This document shows, one piece after another, positions 13,794 to 26,754 of a DNA stretch of 64,000 bases. The stretch comes from Dendrobates tinctorius (lineage: Eukaryota), in assembly GCF_039654945.1 (NCBI RefSeq), contig NW_027361674.1:14012001-14076000 (forward strand), in the 5' to 3' direction. How positions within the stretch are numbered: position 1 is the first letter of the stretch; every line of letters begins with the position of its first letter. Position numbers and translations under genes: made by a program. The notes beneath the pieces were generated by a model. It was given only the letters and a program-made list of their open reading frames with translations, ran no database searches and was not told the DNA's origin.

Positions 13794-15575
13794 GCTAAGC
13801 ATCAAGTCGTGGTCCTCACTGACCACAAGAATTTGATTTACCTAGAGTCGGCTAAGCGCTCGAACCCTAGACAGGCTAGGTGGGCCTTGTTTTTTACACG
13901 TTTTGATTTTGTCGTTTCTTTTCTTCCTGGAACGAAGAATGTCAAGGCAGACGCCCTCTCTAGGAGCTTCTTTGCTGATTCTCCTGTGGTGACCAAGCCT
14001 GCTACCATCTTAGGCGAAGGGGTAGTTCTTTCTGCCATCTCGCCCGATTTGAGACGTGCTCTGGAAGAGTTCCAGGAGGACAAACCTGAGCGTTGTCCCA
14101 GTGGAAAGTTGTATGTTCCTGACCAGTGGAAGAAGAGAGTGATGTCTGAAGTTCATTGCTCTGCTTTGGCTGGTCATCCAGGTATTTTTGGTACTAGAGA
14201 TCTGGTGAGTCGGTTTTTTTGGTGGCCCTCCTTGTCTCGTGATGTCAGGAATTTTGTGCAGTCCTGTGGGACGTGCTCCCGGTCTAAATCGTGTTCTCGC
14301 TCTAGTGGGTTGTTGATGCCTTTGCCTGTCCCCAAGAGGCCATGGACCCATATTTCAATGGATTTCATCTCTGATATGCCTGTCTCTCAAAGGATGAGTG
14401 TTATTTGGGTGATTTGTGATAGGTTCTCTAAGATGGTTCATCTTGTACCACTCCCTAAGTTGCCGTCTTCCTCTGAGTTGGTGCCCCTGTTTTTACAACA
14501 GGTGGTTCGTTTGTACGGGATTCCTGAGAACATTGTATCTGACAGAGGAGTCCAGTTTGTGTCTAGATTTTGGAGAACTTTCTGTTCCAGGCTGGGAATT
14601 CAGTTGTCCTTCTCCTCTGCTTTTCACCCTCAGACCAATGGGCAGACAGAGAGAACAAACCAGACCTTGGAGTCATATTTGAGATGTTTTATTTCTGCTG
14701 ATCAGGATGATTGGGTTTCATTTTTGCCCTTGGCCGAATTTGCTTTAAATAATAGAGCTAGTTCTGCCACTTTGATGTCACCTTTTTTTTGTAACTTTGG
14801 GTTTCATCCTCGATTTTCTTCAGGGCAGGTGGAGCCCTCTGCCTGCCCAGGTGTTGACACTGTGGTGGAGAGAATGCACCAGATCTGGGACCAAGTGGTG
14901 GATAAGTTATCTCTCTCCCAGGAAAAGGCCCAGCGGTTTTCCAACCGACATAGGACCATTGGTCCCCAGTTTAAGGTTGGTGATATGGTGTGGTTATCAT
15001 CAAAAAATATTGCTATGAAGGTGGCTTCTCCTAAGTTTAAGCCTAGATTTATTGGACCTTACAAGATTGTGGAGATTATTAATCCGGTCTCTTTTCGTTT
15101 GGCTCTTCCTGTCACATTTAAAATCCATAATGTGTTCCATAAATCTTTGTTGAAGAGGTTTGTTGAACCTGTTGTTCCGGGGGTGGCACCTCCAGACCCT
15201 GTATTGGTTGAAGGTAACATGGAATATGAGGTAGAGAAAGTACTGGATTCCCGTCTGGCTAGACGGAGACTCCAGTATTTGGTTAAGTGGAAGGGTTATG
15301 GTCAGGAGGATAATTCCTGGGTCTCTGCCTCTGATATTCATGCCAAAAGATTGGTGCGTGCCTTTCATTGGGCTCACCCTGATCGCCCTGGTGGCGTGGT
15401 TGAGGGTTCGGTGACGCCTCCTCAAGGGGGAGGTACTGTTGTGAGTTCATTTTCCCCTTCACTACGGAGGCCCGAGGAACTCCCTCTTCTGGTAAAGAAA
15501 GGTAGTGAGCCTGATTATCAAACACCTGAGGCTGATGATGATGACTGGCTGAGTGGAGTTACTGACTGGATATAA
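13794..15575 (+). CDS. Element B RNase H end, integrase and chromodomain
   Basis: VLTDHKNL; HHCC (HCSALAGHPG...CGTC); ISMDF / VSDRG / GQTERTN; chromodomain YEVEKVLDSR...YLVKWKGYG; ORF runs into the 3' LTR. Confidence 0.93.
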   Translation, partial: AKHQVVVLTDHKNLIYLESAKRSNPRQARWALFFTRFDFVVSFLPGTKNVKADALSRSFFADSPVVTKPATILGEGVVLSAISPDLRRALEEFQEDKPERCPSGKLYVPDQWKKRVMSEVHCSALAGHPGIFGTRDLVSRFFWWPSLSRDVRNFVQSCGTCSRSKSCSRSSGLLMPLPVPKRPWTHISMDFISDMPVSQRMSVIWVICDRFSKMVHLVPLPKLPSSSELVPLFLQQVVRLYGIPENIVSDRGVQFVSRFWRTFCSRLGIQLSFSSAFHPQTNGQTERTNQTLESYLRCFISADQDDWVSFLPLAEFALNNRASSATLMSPFFCNFGFHPRFSSGQVEPSACPGVDTVVERMHQIWDQVVDKLSLSQEKAQRFSNRHRTIGPQFKVGDMVWLSSKNIAMKVASPKFKPRFIGPYKIVEIINPVSFRLALPVTFKIHNVFHKSLLKRFVEPVVPGVAPPDPVLVEGNMEYEVEKVLDSRLARRRLQYLVKWKGYGQEDNSWVSASDIHAKRLVRAFHWAHPDRPGGVVEGSVTPPQGGGTVVSSFSPSLRRPEELPLLVKKGSEPDYQTPEADDDDWLSGVTDWI

Positions 15576-16232
15576 GGCTGCTGACGCCCTTCTGCCCTGC
15601 GGGTGATTTCTCTGTGGGATCCTTGGAGACCAGTCTGAATTCCTGCTCCTCTAAAGCTAAGTTTGCTGCTCGGCTTTTTGCATTTGTGCTTTGACTTTGT
15701 TTTGCTTTGTTTTTCTGTATTTCTGCCATTCCCTGCTGGGGTGTGCTGAATTCCTTTAGCTCTGTCTTCTGAAAATACCTGAGTGCTGATTTAGTTTTTG
15801 AAGCCTAGCTGCTTCAGGGCCTTTTTCATATCAGCTTGTTGGCTTATGTCTTTGATAGGGTTTTGGCAGATTGCAGACAGCAGCCTTCCTGTCCTTTCCT
15901 ATCTAGGTAGTTTTGGGCCCCGGCTTTGCTCAGTCTATCTTTCTTTCTGTGTTAGTGTTTTCATCTTGCTTCACCGTCATTATATGTTGGGGGTTGCCTA
16001 TTGCTTTAGGGTCTGCTCTGGGGCAGTTTAGATTTCCCCTTTCTTTCTTTAGGCCTATTTAATTCTCCGGCTGTGATCGAGGGGTCTAGGGCATCGTAGG
16101 AACCCCCCACGGCTACTGCTAGTTGTGTTGATAGGTTCAGGGGTCTGCAATCTGATAGTTGCCAACTTCTCTGGTTTTCTGGACTTAGCTTGTATTTCTG
16201 TTTTTGCCTCCTACGGTGACTCTATCATAACA
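15437..16232 (+). repeat. Element B 3' LTR
   Basis: 796 bp; differs from the 5' LTR by 5 substitutions and one 8-bp indel (by eye). Confidence 0.95.
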
Positions 16233-16237
16233 TAGGC

Positions 16238-19200
16238 CAGTATGGGTGTCTCAGTCAGGGCCATCTTCAGGGCTCGACAGGCTTCTTCCTGGCTATTCCC
16301 CCACTTGATGGTCTGATTCTTCACACCAGACAGCACTCCTTTCAACAACTCCAGCAGTGGAGTGACAATGTGAGTGAAGTCTTTCACAAACTGTTGATAG
16401 TAAGCCCCAGAAAGGCCCGCACGTTCTTCACTGTTCTTGGAGTGGGCCAATCCTGTACTGCCGCTATCTTCTCACATGCAGGTCTTACTCTCTCAGCAGA
16501 CACAACATGTCCGATGTACTCAATTTGCTGGCGGAAAAGGTGGCACTTCTGAGGCTTCACTTTCAGGCCGTGCTTCTGTAGCCGACTCAACACCTGCTCC
16601 AGCCATCGGAGATGTTCCTCAAAAGTGCCTGCATAGGCAATGATGTCTTCCAGATAAATGAGGTTAGATTCAAAGTTCAGTCTCCCAAACACTGTTCTAT
16701 CAGCCGCTGAAAGGATCCAGGTGTGTTGGTAAGACCAAAGGGCATCCGGTTTAATTTGAACAACCTCATAGGCAGCATGAACGCTGTCTTCGGCTGGTTT
16801 TGCTTAGCTTTGGGCACTTGTTAATATCCACTGGCCAGATCTAATGATGAGAAGTACTTAGCTTTTCCTCAGGCCGAAAACAACTCCTCAATTCTCGGTA
16901 AGGGATAAGAGTCCCAAACTGTACAGGCAGGGTTCCGCCCTTTTTCTGAACTAGAATGATAGGGGCTGCCCACAGGATCTAACTCTCCCATATGACCGCA
17001 CTTTGCTACATGTGCGCCAACATTTCTTTCATCTCCTGGTACATTTGCGGCGGGATCTGTCGACAACGTTCCCGAACTGGTGCGGCATTTCCTGTGTGCA
17101 CCCGAAATCATTGTCATGACGGGCAAAGACATCTTGGTACAGCCCCAGCATAGCTTCCACTTGTTGCACTTGTTGCACTTGCTGCGACGAGTCCCGTCAA
17201 TTCAGTCCGCATCTGTTCCAGGATCCGACGTACTTCTCTCATGATACTGGATGAAGGCTCTGATGAAATGGTGAGGGTTACAGTCCAGGGGTCTCCTTGT
17301 TTCACCGCTAACTGAACGGCCTCTGGTGGTGTCAGTTCCACCGGCATAACCAGTACTTGGGCTACTTCACTCTTGGCTGAGAGCGTGAGATCTTTCTATC
17401 TTAAAGGGGTTGTCCGGGCTTTTCACATAATCTCAGTGCATATCTGGGCTGCAGAATGCTGACAATAAGTAATTTACCTTCTGTGGCCAGTTTTCAGGGT
17501 TTCTAAGATATCAGCTCTTGTTTGTAAGAAAAACGTCCAGGGGGTGTGTGTTCTGGCATTGAAATGAGAACTGGTCGTTTCCTCCTACTCTACTAAAAAC
17601 ATGTCATCTGTAGCAACAACCCCACCCTCCATAGCAACAGGCCCTCTCCGACCACATGAAGAAGCCTATCCCTCCTCACACAGTAACAAATCCTCCCCCT
17701 CTAGCAGCCTCAGTGCAGAGAGCAGGACTACCCAGCTGCTCCTCCCCCAGACACACGTTGAACAGTGATCTATGGAAAGTGAAACTAGTGAGGAGGAAAC
17801 GACCAGTTTTAATGTCCGAGCAACGAAGAGTCCTGAAGGCAGTTGATCTAACAGGGTGTGCTCTATCTGGACTTTCACTCCTTCAAGGGGTGTACAGGCT
17901 TGCAAGGGCAATGTGAGCACAGTCTGGCCAGGCGGTAAAATGAGCTTGGCAGCGGCTGGAACGACCACTTTTCACAGGACTTTTCCTTCTCTCGATGTTT
18001 CTTGAGCCTGGGCTACCCGTATTAGTTGCTGGAACACCTTTCTTTGGGGGGTGAGAGGGCTACATCGATTGAGAAAAGCATCTGGGACTCATTGACTAGG
18101 ATGGTCCCGAGTTCCTTCAGCACATTCATCCCTAGCGTCACTGTAGGGCCATTGCCAGGGTCTCCAGCGGTCAGCACTACTCTTTTTCGGCCCACATTTT
18201 TGCCACACACGGTAATTCGCATCCAGACCACCCCTGTGACCGGGATGGATAATTGGTTGGCCGCTGTCAGCTTGAACATTGGGCCCCATTCAGGCTGCAT
18301 TGCCCCAGAAAAGTGACGTCTGAAATAAGTTTCTGGCATGGTAGTCACTTGGGAACAGGTATCAACTAAGCAACGGACTGCTCGACCATCCATTTCAGCC
18401 CATACAAGGGGGCACAGGGAAACTAAATTTGCAGGACTTCCTTCTCTCTTTCTTGGCTGCTCAGGCTCCGGGTAGCATCCCCCAGCCACGGAACTCACTA
18501 ATTTAACGGTCGACGGGCAAGTGGTCTCCCTCGCCGTGCGCATCCTCGAGCAATATGTCTAGTTTCTCCGCACCTAAAACAAATCGTCTGTCTCTCTGTG
18601 CAAGATTGTTCCGTTTCCTGATGGGGCTCGGGTTCGGTTCTGCCTCCGGAGGGGCTTGGGATCACTATGGGTTTCCTTCTTAAGTCGGACCACTCTTCCT
18701 GCATGTCCTGGATTTCCTTCTGGATTTCTCTCACTCAACCTGGTTCAGCTGAGGACAGAGCGGATACCTCCTTGCTCCGGACCTTCTTCACCGAGGCTGC
18801 CATCCCTAGCTCTTGCTCTCGCGCACTCAATTCAGCACTCCCGCAGGGCTTGAGTAAGCAGCGCATCCCTATGACATGCCATTAGTTGGTCCCTAAAAAT
18901 TACATTAGGGGGCCCCACACCCACATCATCCCGCTTAATGATCGTGGCGTGGATCTCCTACAGTGTGTTCATGTATTGGGTCACACACTCTCCCCTTTGC
19001 TAATCAAGCACATTCACAATTCACCGATATCCATGGGATCCTCATGCATCTCCTCCAAGATCTTTAACACTTTAGTAAAGGTATTCTGCTCGTATGGGGG
19101 TCGGAACATGACAGAACACCTGGCTTCCCCATCTATGGCCATCACAGCAATCTCTGCCTGCATAGCAGGGGTCATGGGGTGCATCCTTAGCCTGCCTCTA

Positions 19201-19340
19201 ACTCGCTTGGACCAGTTCCATAACAGTGAATTGCTCCCTGTAAACTTTGGGAGATTGCTGAGCATGGCCACCAGCGGTAAGCTGGCCCTTGGAACTCCCA
19301 CGGTCACTTGGTCTGCTACCTCGGTGCTTGTGGACTGCAT
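16238..19340 (-). pseudogene. Element A gag, protease and RT remnants
   Basis: Knuckle CFRCGETRHIARGC; protease LVDTCSQVT; DSYPLPRIEE; IYLEDII; KCHLFRQQIEYIGHVVS. Confidence 0.88.
17405..17808. mobile_element. Kolobok/T2-type MITE fragment inside element A
   Basis: TTAA-AGGGGTTGTCC terminus; internal inverted repeat AACTGGTCGTTTCCTCCT / AGGAGGAAACGACCAGTT; right TIR absent. Confidence 0.6.
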
Positions 19341-19356
19341 CCTGCCGACTACGCCA
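19339..19356 (-). promoter_or_regulatory. Primer-binding site complementary to the tRNA-Ser 3' end
   Basis: TGGCGTAGTCGGCAGGAT, 2 nt from the LTR; matches vertebrate tRNA-Ser ...ATCCTGCCGACTACG-CCA as recalled. Confidence 0.88.
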
Positions 19357-19358
19357 AG

Positions 19359-20109
19359 TGTAAGCAGGTAGCGAGATGCAGTGACAGACAGGAGGCAGAG
19401 TAAGGGTTAACAAAATGTAACAATTTAATATAATAAGGTGTTCACTCCTCACAGGGAGGTTAATGGTTAAAGGAGGGATAATAGGGATAACAGATGTAAG
19501 GCAATAACTGTCCGATTGAAGAAATTATCGTGTCCTGTATGATCCTCTGCAGCAGATGATCCCGCAGGGGGATTGTAGAACCGGCAGCGGCCGGGTGATA
19601 ACCTCAGAGGGGGTCCTTCAAACGTTGATCCGTCTTCTGGCGGCAACAATCTGTCTCCGGTACCTTCCGCTGAGCCCCTAGTCCATATGCACGTGTGGCC
19701 GAAGCAAACAAGGCCGCAGCTTTATCCAAGTCCCATGTGAATCGGTCAATGTTCTCTGGCAAGGAAGGCCGCCGGTATATGTCCGGTACCCGCCCTTCTC
19801 TACTCTGCACGTGCACAGTACTCACAGTCATCTTGGTCTCTCACAGTCACTCTGGTAGTACTGGGAGCCGGCAGGCACAGACAGTCGCAGCGCTGGTGCT
19901 CGAGGGACGGAGCACACTGCTAGGCCTGCCACGCAGTACTTGTTCTCGCCAAACTGCCTGCGGCTGCACGCGCTTTGCTTTTTAAGGTGCTCCTCCTACC
20001 TGGGTCAAGAGGTCGGTCCAGCTCTTCATTTCTTTCCCCAGGCAACAAGCCTCAATGGTTCCGGACCCGGCTCGGTGCAGGTACCCGCGGTCCGGTCTTC
20101 CTCATTACA
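19359..20109 (-). repeat. Element A 5' LTR
   Basis: 751 bp; TGTAA/TTACA ends; adjacent PBS and TSD. Confidence 0.85.
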
Positions 20110-23100
20110 TATGGTCGCAGCTTACCTTCAGGAGAACAATGCCATCAGCAGTCTGAATATGCCCAATCAATATGTCTCGACCATCAGTCAACCAGTGCCC
20201 ACATACGCATTAGACTGTTGTCCCAACCCCTTTGATATTGGAGTGGTTTGGCCCACATTAGTCCAGTGTATATGGGGGTCTTAATGGCACTCCACTAATA
20301 ATAGCAGTCCTCGAAAAAACCATTAATTATTGCAGGATTTTCTTCAGCCCAACGAGTATTTCAAGAAAACTACGTTACATAGCCATACAGCCATATAGAT
20401 ATGCACAATTGTATGGATATAGTGAGTTCTATTACGTGTTGGCGTTTATATGGACATCATGGTGCCATCCTCTTGGCCTACAAACGTTCTTTTCCTCCAT
20501 GGAGCAGAGTTGGCTATGGCCAACATAAGGCCGCATTATTACAGCTGACTACCTTTAGTCACAGTAAGATATTTTTAACAGCCCGAACGCCAAATCGGGC
20601 TGTAACATAACTCAAATTAAAAAACGATTTTCAAGTTTCTGTAAACTTTCCCAACTGGAGAAAGAAAGACAGTCCTAATACCATGAGTAATTAGTTTAGG
20701 TGACAACACCAGGCTTTAAGAACCACAAAAATTTGAGGTTTGACCACTAAATAGCTTCACTTTCCGTAATGGGAAACGAGTCCGCTTATTAAGGTTGTCA
20801 CGGTACGAACATTCAGAATGGTGGTCGCCTCTTTTAGGATAATTTAACATTAATTCAGGAGCATTTTCACGTCAATATATTATTATATATGCGGTAATAC
20901 TCGCAAATCCAAGCCTGACCGGTCAGCGGATCCACACGAAAACCTTCATTGATGCAAATAATGTTTTTAGGATACACTGACAATTTTTTTTTCTTCTTAA
21001 AAAAATGGACCTTTTCCATCAGTGCGCTGTGACTGATTTTTATCCATTTTTGCTTCATGTGTCCCTTTTGACCAATAGTGCAGTATCCGGATAGAGCATG
21101 ATTCATTATGACGTGGTCAAGAGGAATACTGGGGTTTAGGTGTGGATTTCTGGTTTTCCACTTTTAGACAACCCTTCTCCTCCGGCTACAATTTTTTTTA
21201 TAAACTAAATATGCTCATTCAGACAGCCATTTCTCTCACGTACAAGAAAAACAGACTGATTATTTTGACCAGGTTTTGATCAGAGCTGGTCTGAGTGTCA
21301 GCAATTTTTTTTCCACCTTCTCCTATGTGACAGTCCGCGAAAATCGCACCACACTTCAAGTGCCGTCTGCTTTTTTTCTTGCACACGTAGACTTGCATTA
21401 CCGATTCTGATCTGATGCTTTGACGTGTCATTCGTGAAAATCATAGATTGCAGTCATGCATGAAAAGCAAGCGATGATGAAAACAGACATGAGCAGCAGA
21501 GGAGTAAACTCAGTGCAGGACCTGGGGAGGGTGAGTAAGGCTTTTTTTTTTTTAAAACAAACTGTAGAAGAGGGACAGAGCGGTTTCTTAAACTGGAAAA
21601 CCTCCTTGAGGGTCCATATAAATCGCATCACCATGCCATATTATCACCCAGTAAATACTCATCCAAGTGTCTCTATGTAAAATAGGTGGCACGCCGCAGA
21701 ACAGTATGGCGTCATAGTATACGCAGTGGCCAATAGCTGGATGGAAGCTGATCGTCCACATTTCTATTTACACACTTATTGGGTTTGATCAGAGGGATAC
21801 GATTATTGATGGCATTATCAATATAGGAAAAGGCCTGTAAACACTAAAAGTTTCCAGCACCCTACTCTCACTCTTTGAGAACATATACAGGACCCTTGTG
21901 TACAGTACTTCTCTATATATATGACAAATAATATACATTGCAGATTCTGTACCACTGCCATATCTTACTTCAGCGTAGGAGGAAAAAGTTCAACTTTCGG
22001 GAGAAGTCAACAGAAAACAAATATTCGCAGCATGAATACATTATACAGCGATTACCACCATGACGGTGCTCTCACCCACGCTGCCCATTACATTTCATTA
22101 CACGGGTGTAACGGGTCAACCCAAGAAAAAAAAAAAATGTTACACAGTTTTGAATGGCCGTCATTCAGAAAATATATTTTCTACAACAACTTATTCATTG
22201 TCCTGAAGACCAAAATCTCAGACCCAAAGTAGCCAACAAAAGACCATGCATAAATTATGGTATGTTTCTATCCCAAAGAATAAGTCTTGATGTTCTCTCT
22301 TGGTTTCTCCAATATTTCACTTACTGTATTAACACTTATCCAGAGCTGTGACCAACTGTAGTCACCCATTATAGAAGCTGAGGAGATGGTTATTTAGTCA
22401 CTCCGTTACCCACCAGCTTACAGTTCCTCGAGTTCCAGGATTAGACTTGTCCTTCAGAGGATTGTCTTTGTTGGGTCAAGAAATTGTCTAAAGCAAAAGA
22501 TTAATAAGATGATGGCTTCAGTAGGTGTCAGTGGCACTGACCTCTCTGATCCCTCTTTTTTCCTTATCGATGGAGTCCTTTTGCTTGGAACAACTCAATG
22601 AGATAAAGGAGAGACAAATATACCATAGTAACGGAAAACATGTTTTAAGGCACCACAATTCATGACAAAAATGATTTTGAAAAATTCAGCATCAAAGAAA
22701 GGGAACTTTAGTAGAAATAGGCTTTCCAAAGTAGACCAAAGTCCTAAAAATGAATCCAAACCAGTTACTAATAATTACATATACTGCTTCATATTGGATC
22801 ATATGGTTTAGCCATCGGAAGGGAGCCTGGGGCATCTGCAGTCCATATGGCACTCCATAAAGTAGTGTGCGTGTGTGTGTATTCTACATGGTTTTAAATA
22901 AAATTTTCATGACTCTAGGAGAGTATATACAGATGAAAATTAGAGAAATAGGCATGTTCACTGTGGTCAAATGGACTCGAAAAGAACATGTTAAGTGCTA
23001 TAAATATTACATTTTTATTTACCTGGTGTAATTACCGCTGTTCCCCTGAATCCAGGGCTGTTTTTCTTTTGTTCCTGCACCTCTCCATTCCTGAGATATG

Positions 23101-23378
23101 GCTCTTTCCTCTTTGTATGAAATTTTATTCTTGTTTGCCAAGGGGGAGTGAGTGTGGAAGAAGATGCCCGCAGAGAGAGTTGATGACCACGCCCCCTTGG
23201 TTAAAAAGACTAGAGTTCCGTATAAGTAAGAAAGGAAAATATCTCAGGAACGGAGCGGGGCAGGAACAAAAGAAAGACAAGATTCAGGGGAACAGCGGCA
23301 TTTATACTGGGTAAAAAAAAAAATTAAATTTTTTATAGCAAGTGACAGGTTTTCTTTAAAGCTTGTAAAGAGCTGTAA

Positions 23379-23723
23379 GGCCGGGGTCACACTGGCGAGG
23401 AATACGGACGAGTGAAAGGCGTTAAAAGCACGCATTACACACGGACAAATTATTCTCTATGGGTTTGCTCCCAACAGCCGTATATTTCTCGGGCGTATTC
23501 TACGGTCCGTGCCAATCGCAGCATGCTGCGATTGTCAGCGTAATACGCCAATGAAAGTCTATGGGTGCGCTAAAAATACGCATTACACACGGACCACACA
23601 TGTGACTTGCGAGAAATACGCACCCGGTGTCTTTTAGAAAAGCCGGCAATTCAGTGCGCTATACAGTAAACTCACAGTGACAGGTTTAATAAAGAAGCGA
23701 AAGAATAGATATATACACATAGA

Positions 23724-23795
<72 letters not shown>

Positions 23796-24812
23796 GTCAT
23801 TGTGACAAACATATATATGTATTTATATTTCACAGAGTTCTTCATAGCAGAATAGCCGCTAATTAAATTGCCGGCTTCTATCAAATCATTCCCCAACCCG
23901 ACATGAAATGACACATGGTTTACATTCAGTAAAGCATTTCATTTCATGTTTTTTAATATGTCCCTGACTAATAATTAGATGAGCGTTTGTGTGCAAAATT
24001 TGGGAGTTGTAGTTGTTATTTTAAGGGGTTAATTCGTTGTTAAAAAATGTGTGGGCTTCCCATTGCCCTGTAGCGATGGCGAATGGGTTAATCTAACAAA
24101 GGGTTAATGTCACCATTCGATTGTAAGGTGACATTAACCCTTTGTTATATTAACCCATTCGCCACCGCTACAGGGCAATGGGAAGCCCACGCATTTTTTA
24201 ACAATGAATTAACCCCTTAAAATAACAACTACAACTCCCAAATTTTGCACACAAACGCTCATCTAATTATTAGTCAGGGACATATTAAAAAACATGAAAT
24301 GAAATGCTTTACTGAATGTAAACCATGTGTCACTTCATGTCGGGTTGGGGAATGATTTGACAGAAGTCGGCAATTTAATTAGCGGCTATTCTGCTATNNN
24401 NNNNNNNNNNNNNNNNNNNNNNNNNNNNNNNNNNNNNNNNNNNNNNNNNNNNNNNNNNNNNNNNNNNNNNNNNNNNNNNNNNNNNNNNNNNNNNNNNNNN
24501 NNNNNNNNNNNNNNNNNNNNNNNNNNNNNNNNNNNNNNNNNNNNNNNNNNNNNNNNNNNNNNNNNNNNNNNATTATTTCATTTCTGTTATAAACCCTGTC
24601 ATAGGGCTCCATTATATGTCCATTTTGCAAGGCGGCAAGAAAATCTCGCCATACGGATTCCATACGGATTACATACGGATGCTGACATGCGCAAAATACG
24701 CGACCACACCTTGCTTACGGATGACATACGGAGCACTATTTAGGGGTCTTTCATCCGTATTACGCATGTAAAATACTGACCGTATTTTGTGTCGGTTAGT
24801 GTGACCCCGGCC
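23379..24812. mobile_element. PIF/Harbinger non-autonomous element with a giant internal palindrome
   Basis: TIR GGCCGGGGTCACACT / AGTGTGACCCCGGCC; TAA TSD; palindrome 23844-24397; (TA)n at ~23727-23792. Confidence 0.85.
24398..24571. other. Assembly gap (N run)
   Basis: 174 N, at the position of the expected right palindrome arm end and (TA)n tract. Confidence 0.99.
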
Positions 24813-24949
24813 TAATATGGCTGTGTGCAGGAGTCTTTATAAGAGGACTACAAGCCAGTACAAGAGACAGGCATGGTGATATTATTGAAAAGGTAAGTCT
24901 CTAGAGATGATCCAGTGATCTTGGTAACACATTTCACTTCCCCCTATAT

Positions 24950-25129
24950 CAGTGTTCCCCAACTCCAGGCCTCAAGAGCCACCAACGGTTCTTGCTTTCA
25001 GGATTTTCCTTAGTATGGCCCAGGTGATGGAATTATTGCCTGTGCAGGTACAGCAATTAGGCCATACTAAGGAAATCCTGAAAACATGAACCGTTGATGG
25101 CTCTTGAGGCCTGGAGTTGGGGAACACTG
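24950..25129. mobile_element. hAT-type palindromic MITE
   Basis: TIR CAGTGTTCCCCAACTCCAGGCC; 8-bp TSD CCCTATAT. Confidence 0.9.
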
Positions 25130-25444
25130 CCCTATATGATGGAAAAAGTTAATTATGTTTTAAGGGAAACAACTAGATAGGAAGGAAGAAGGAGTAATAT
25201 GGCTGATTAAGACAGGTCCCTCGGGTCAATGATGCTAAGACTCTCACAGCTAAACCCGTGTAACCTAAAGGATCCAGAAAAATTAATTTTCTATTGACGA
25301 TTGACTAAAGGAGTATTCTCCAGTTTTCAAATTATCCCGTATCCGCTGGATTGGTGATAACTTCCCGATCGCTGGGAATCTGACTGCTGGAACCCAATCA
25401 ATCCCAAGATATGAGTGGAGCGGTGGTCACTCCATTATCTCTTA

Positions 25445-25840
25445 AGGTACTGTCACACTTAGCGATGTACCAGTGATCCCGACCAGCGATATGACGCGGT
25501 CAGGATCGCTGGTACATCGCTAAGTGGTCGCTAGTGAGCTGCCACACAGGCAGATCTCACCAGCGACATCGCTGGGGACGGGGGTCGCTACTTACCTGTC
25601 ACACCAGGCGATCCTGCGTCCTCCCGCCCGGCTCCACGCGTCGCTCGTCCTCACAGCAGGAAGCGCCACAGGAAGCTGACAACGAGAAACGGTCCAGGAC
25701 GTTCTCGCGCGATCAGCGATAACCAGCGGGGGAGCCGGTCGTAGGTAAGTATCACACACAGAGATATCGCTAGCAATATCGCTATAACGTCACTAGTTAC
25801 AGCGATATTGCTAGCGATATCTCTTAGTGTGACATGCCCT
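25445..25840. mobile_element. Harbinger-type MITE nested in an older Kolobok-like MITE (~25306-26047)
   Basis: TGTCACACT / AGTGTGACA subtermini; TTA TSD. Confidence 0.75.
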
Positions 25841-26754
25841 TTAGCGGGAACACCAGAGATTGCACTTGTCTAGTCTTTGGCAATCCTCTAAGAATGAATG
25901 GAGCCGCAGTACAAGTGATCAGCATTCACTCCATTCACGGAGTCTCAGTTCTCGCAATCACTGGGGGACCAACTGCTGGGGCTGATCAGAAAGTTATTCT
26001 CTATCCCATTGATAGTGGATAACTTTCACACTTGAGATAACCCATTTAAACTCTTAATACTAATGTAAAGCACTATTCTGTGGCTACTAAGATGCCATAA
26101 GCCTTCAGCCTTGAGGGGGCGTATGTAGCAATGTGCTCTCCATATAAAATTGGGCCAAGCATTTCCTGGGCACTGCACTGAATGGATGAATACAGAAGAA
26201 TAACTTGTGCAATCTGTTTACAGACTTTGCACTAGTAAGGAATGCTGGGAGATTTCAGCTCTGAAACCTGCAGAACTGTGATCGCTGCTCTGGTTTATAA
26301 TTACAAGCTGTAACTTGAGCAGTGTTCATCTAACCAGAATGGATCTATACTGAACACCTTTTGCAGAGGTCCTGTGAGGCTGCACAATTGCCAGTGGTCT
26401 TATAAAAAGTTGCTCTAGTCTAATCAATATGAATAAAAAAAAAATCAAAGACCCATTTTATTTTCCAAAATATTTTGCATTGGCCGTATACTAGAAGAAA
26501 CATATGGGTAAGAGAAGAAAGAATCAGCAGGCACCTAATATTGTTGATTGGTCGGTGTGAGTTGATGTTCTCTAACCTCCTGCATGTGGTTCCTTGATAC
26601 TAGCGGCACCAGGGATGACATGAGATTGCTACACATTGTCAAAAGCTTCCATGTCCAACAACACAAGGGTAGAACTCGTATCACGTGGTCAGAGCTTTAG
26701 TAAAACATCACATTCCATTACAAAATGTATGTAACAAAGAATATATTGTATTAA

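Larger units (their letters stand above)
7982..16232 (+). mobile_element. Element B: young chromodomain-bearing Gypsy (Tf1/sushi group) inserted in element A
   Basis: Near-identical LTRs TGTT...AACA; 5-bp TSD TAGGC (7977-7981, 16233-16237); PPT AAGGGGGAGG 15424-15433; full gag-pol domain set. Confidence 0.97.
5424..20109 (-). mobile_element. Element A: old Gypsy LTR retrotransposon (tRNA-Ser primed), host of nested insertions
   Basis: TGTAA...TTACA outer termini; 4-bp TSD TATG (5420-5423, 20110-20113); homologous LTRs, PBS, PPT and decayed gag-pro-RT-RH-INT. Confidence 0.9.

Noticed and set aside
19339-19356. tRNA-Ser gene
   Set aside because: Only the 18-nt 3'-end match next to an LTR; this is a primer-binding site
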